Assembly: GCF_013365455.1 (NCBI RefSeq)
Contig: NZ_CP046578.1
Coordinates: forward strand, 360,001-392,000
Direction: 5' to 3'
Source: Wolbachia endosymbiont of Dirofilaria (Dirofilaria) immitis
GTDB taxonomy: Bacteria; Pseudomonadota; Alphaproteobacteria; Rickettsiales; Anaplasmataceae
DNA: 32,000 nt
In this document: piece by piece, positions 29,676 through 32,000 of the stretch
How the letters are laid out: each line of letters opens with the position of its first letter
Numbering within the stretch: the stretch's first letter is position 1
The notes under the pieces: model-generated
Told to the model about the DNA's origin: nothing
The model's input: the letters and a program-made list of their open reading frames with translations, nothing else
Database searches by the model: none
Made by a program: the position numbers and the translations under genes

Positions 29676-30389
29676 ATGAGAATGAAATCTATTTTATTAA
29701 CTAGGCCTTTATCAGATTCACTGAACACAAGAAATACATTGAAAAAATATGGATATGAAGTGTACATAGAGCCAGTATTTACAATAAAGTATTTACGGCC
29801 TGATATATCTTCATATGAATTTGATGTAGTAATATCTACAAGTAAGAATAGTGTAAAAGCACTCAGTCAGATATATAAATTAGGTAGTCTTCCAATTGTT
29901 ACAGTTGGTAATTCGACGATGCAAACTGCAAAAGATTTAGGGTTCTCTGATATTATATCAGCAGATAGTGATGTTGATGGTCTGATATCATTTATAAAAA
30001 GTCACTATTCAATAGCAGTGAAGTTTCTGTATATAAGGGGACAAGAGGTGTCATGCGATTTAAAAAAAAGGTTATCTGAGGAAGGTTTTTGCGTTAGAGA
30101 AGTTATACTCTATAAGACAGTTATTAAAAAAAGTTTAACTAACAGGTGCAAAAACTTGCTATCAGGCAGCAAAATCAATAGTGTTGTTTTTTTTTCCTCA
30201 CAGACAGCAAGAGTATTCTGTTCTTTAGTTCTAAAAAGCGGTCTATCTCACACAATGGGTAATATAATTGCATACACTATGAGTAAGAATATCGCTGACA
30301 GTTTAAAGTCAGTTAAATGGAAAAAAATTGTAACATCTAGATTACCTACTAGGGAAAGTTTAATTAATATAATTAATAGAAGTTACTGA
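29676..30389 (+). CDS. hemD: uroporphyrinogen-III synthase (HemD)
   Basis: MRMKSILLTRPLSDSLNTRNTLKKYGYEVYIEPVFTI, FDVVISTSKNSVKAL, KFLYIRG, VREVILYKTV, SVVFFSSQTARVF, TSRLPTRESLINII. The track's TTG 29580 start adds ~32 aa; ATG 29676/29682 fits the family N-terminus. Confidence 0.88.
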   Translation: MRMKSILLTRPLSDSLNTRNTLKKYGYEVYIEPVFTIKYLRPDISSYEFDVVISTSKNSVKALSQIYKLGSLPIVTVGNSTMQTAKDLGFSDIISADSDVDGLISFIKSHYSIAVKFLYIRGQEVSCDLKKRLSEEGFCVREVILYKTVIKKSLTNRCKNLLSGSKINSVVFFSSQTARVFCSLVLKSGLSHTMGNIIAYTMSKNIADSLKSVKWKKIVTSRLPTRESLINIINRSY

Positions 30390-31168
30390 TGTTAAAAATT
30401 GCAACTTGGAATGTTAACTCTATACGTAGAAGAATTAACCAAGTTTACAATTTCATAATTGATAGTCAAATAGATATAATTCTATTACAGGAGACAAAAT
30501 GCACAGAAAAGCAATTTCCTCATGAGGAGATAGAAAAGCTCAGATATAAGTGTGCTATTTATGGGCAAGTTGCGAGAAATGGTGTTTGTGTTTTATCTAA
30601 ATATCCAATACTAGAGAAATTTAAAATTGATATTGTAGAAGGTTACCAAGAAGCACGTTATATAGAATGTGTGATAAAGTATGATAATCAGAAAATAAGA
30701 GTAGTGAGCGTATACGTTCCGAACGGCCAGAGCATAGATTCTCATGCGTTTGCATATAAGCTCAAGTTTTTTGATAATTTATATGAAAGAATAAGCAGCT
30801 TATTGAAGAATGAAGAGCTGACTATTGTAGCTGGTGATTATAATGTTGCACTAGATGGAATTGACGTTTTTGACCCAATTTTACTGAATGATAAAGTGTG
30901 TTTCCACATAAGAGAACGTGAAAAATTGAGAACAATCTTGAACCTTGGGTTTAAAGATGCATTTAGGATATCTCATGTAGATCTACAGCAGTTTACTTGG
31001 TGGGATTATCAAGGTAATTCGTTCCGAAATAATCGAGGGATGCGAATAGATTATATGCTGTTATCACCTCAGGCTGCTGATAGGTTAGAAACGTGCTATA
31101 TAGATGACAAATTACGTAAATTGAAAAATCCATCTGATCATGCACCAGTTGTATGTGTTATGGGATAA
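30389..31168 (+). CDS. xthA: exodeoxyribonuclease III
   Basis: KIATWNVNSIRRRINQV, IILLQETKC, RVVSVYVPNGQ, AGDYNVALDGIDVFDP, DYMLLSPQAADRL, NPSDHAPVVCVM. Start overlaps the hemD stop. Confidence 0.96.
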   Translation: MLKIATWNVNSIRRRINQVYNFIIDSQIDIILLQETKCTEKQFPHEEIEKLRYKCAIYGQVARNGVCVLSKYPILEKFKIDIVEGYQEARYIECVIKYDNQKIRVVSVYVPNGQSIDSHAFAYKLKFFDNLYERISSLLKNEELTIVAGDYNVALDGIDVFDPILLNDKVCFHIREREKLRTILNLGFKDAFRISHVDLQQFTWWDYQGNSFRNNRGMRIDYMLLSPQAADRLETCYIDDKLRKLKNPSDHAPVVCVMG

Positions 31169-31508
31169 GAGGGTTCTTTAAAGAAAGAGTATAATGGTTA
31201 TATAATATTATACTAAAAGCTATAATGGTCCTCCATATAAAATACTTTATGTAATAAGGGTAGGGGTAGGGGATAGTTGAAGCAAAGTTTGTGAAGTCAA
31301 TTCTGTAAAGTAGATATTGTGAAATACGTTAAAAATCTGAAGTTTAAAGAAACGGCGAAAATGGTACTAGAAAGCTGTATGTTATATGGTATAATATATA
31401 TAGCATAAGAGTTGAGAGAAGTTTATTAGTAACTTTAGGGGTTAATACTTATTAAATATTCAGCACTATAAAATCGAGGTATATGCTTTAATTACGTCAG
31501 GAGGTAAC

Positions 31509-32000
31509 ATGACAAATAATTTTTCTGATAACAACTCAAGCAATAGTTCAATTTATCTTGGGAAGGTTACAGCAGAAGACTTATCTGTAGGAGAGAAACT
31601 AAATCACTTTAAAGCTGCTGCAGAAGAGGTTGAAAAGCGTGTTGCTGCTAAACGCGTTGAACTGCAAAATCAGGCATTCAGTCACGTTGATAGCTTGCTA
31701 TCTAAGAAGCTGAATCTTGAAGAGGATTTTAGTAGAGTAATATCTTGTTTAGAGGTTCATTCTAATAGGGAAGATAATTATTTTACAGCTGGTGTAGATG
31801 CTTTGCTAGAAAAGCTTTTCAGATTTTTTAACTTCACAGATAGTGAGCTTGAAATGGATATAGATCCGCAAATCTATCGCATGGTAAAAGAAAAAGAAGA
31901 GAAAAATCACGTTGCTACAATCATAAAACTTATTCATGATAAACTTAAGGCATTAATTAAAAAAGTCTTTTCAAAAGACTTAAATTTCGATGAAAGATTA
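31509..32000 (+). CDS. hypothetical protein, 3' end beyond the window
   Basis: Open to the window end: MTNNFSDNNSSNSSIYLGKVTAEDLSVGEKLNHFKAAAEEVEKRVAAKRVELQNQAFSHVDSLLSKKLNLEEDFSRVISCLEVHSNRED..., preceded by strong Shine-Dalgarno AGGAGGT. Confidence 0.75.
   Translation, partial: MTNNFSDNNSSNSSIYLGKVTAEDLSVGEKLNHFKAAAEEVEKRVAAKRVELQNQAFSHVDSLLSKKLNLEEDFSRVISCLEVHSNREDNYFTAGVDALLEKLFRFFNFTDSELEMDIDPQIYRMVKEKEEKNHVATIIKLIHDKLKALIKKVFSKDLNFDERL

Noticed and set aside
1-32000. Search for CRISPR arrays, intact transposases, phage modules, toxin-antitoxin pairs or defence genes
   Set aside because: No regularly spaced repeats, no recognised motifs of these systems, and every long ORF is accounted for by housekeeping or unnamed membrane/secreted proteins.

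Overview
The window looks like a 32 kb chromosomal segment of an AT-rich Anaplasmataceae-type alphaproteobacterial endosymbiont, most likely Wolbachia. That assignment is inferred from gene repertoire, codon usage and decayed spacers; no database search was run. It carries housekeeping genes: malonyl-CoA decarboxylase, lepA, ispG, murB, hemC, secD, pyrE, ubiB, znuC-like, znuA-like, ndk, hemH, gshA-like, hslV-hslU, polA, tldD, hemD and xthA. It also has a tRNA-Leu(CAG) and several hypothetical, mostly membrane or secreted, proteins. I found no convincing CRISPR array, defence island, intact transposase, rRNA or toxin-antitoxin module. The most interesting unexplained signal is in the long 'empty' spacers (5.5-6.5, 9.9-10.6, 21.7-23.5 and 28.9-29.5 kb). 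Manual translation there gives protein-like fragments interrupted by stops and frame changes, consistent with recently decayed genes. The clearest is at 5538-6057, with an AHCRSIFVSGN...KVAHMDNNSGCYK pattern joined across a frameshift. Other points for checking are a PolA with a probably degenerate proofreading domain, a HslU with a ~60-aa N-terminal extension, and overlapping divergent znu starts.
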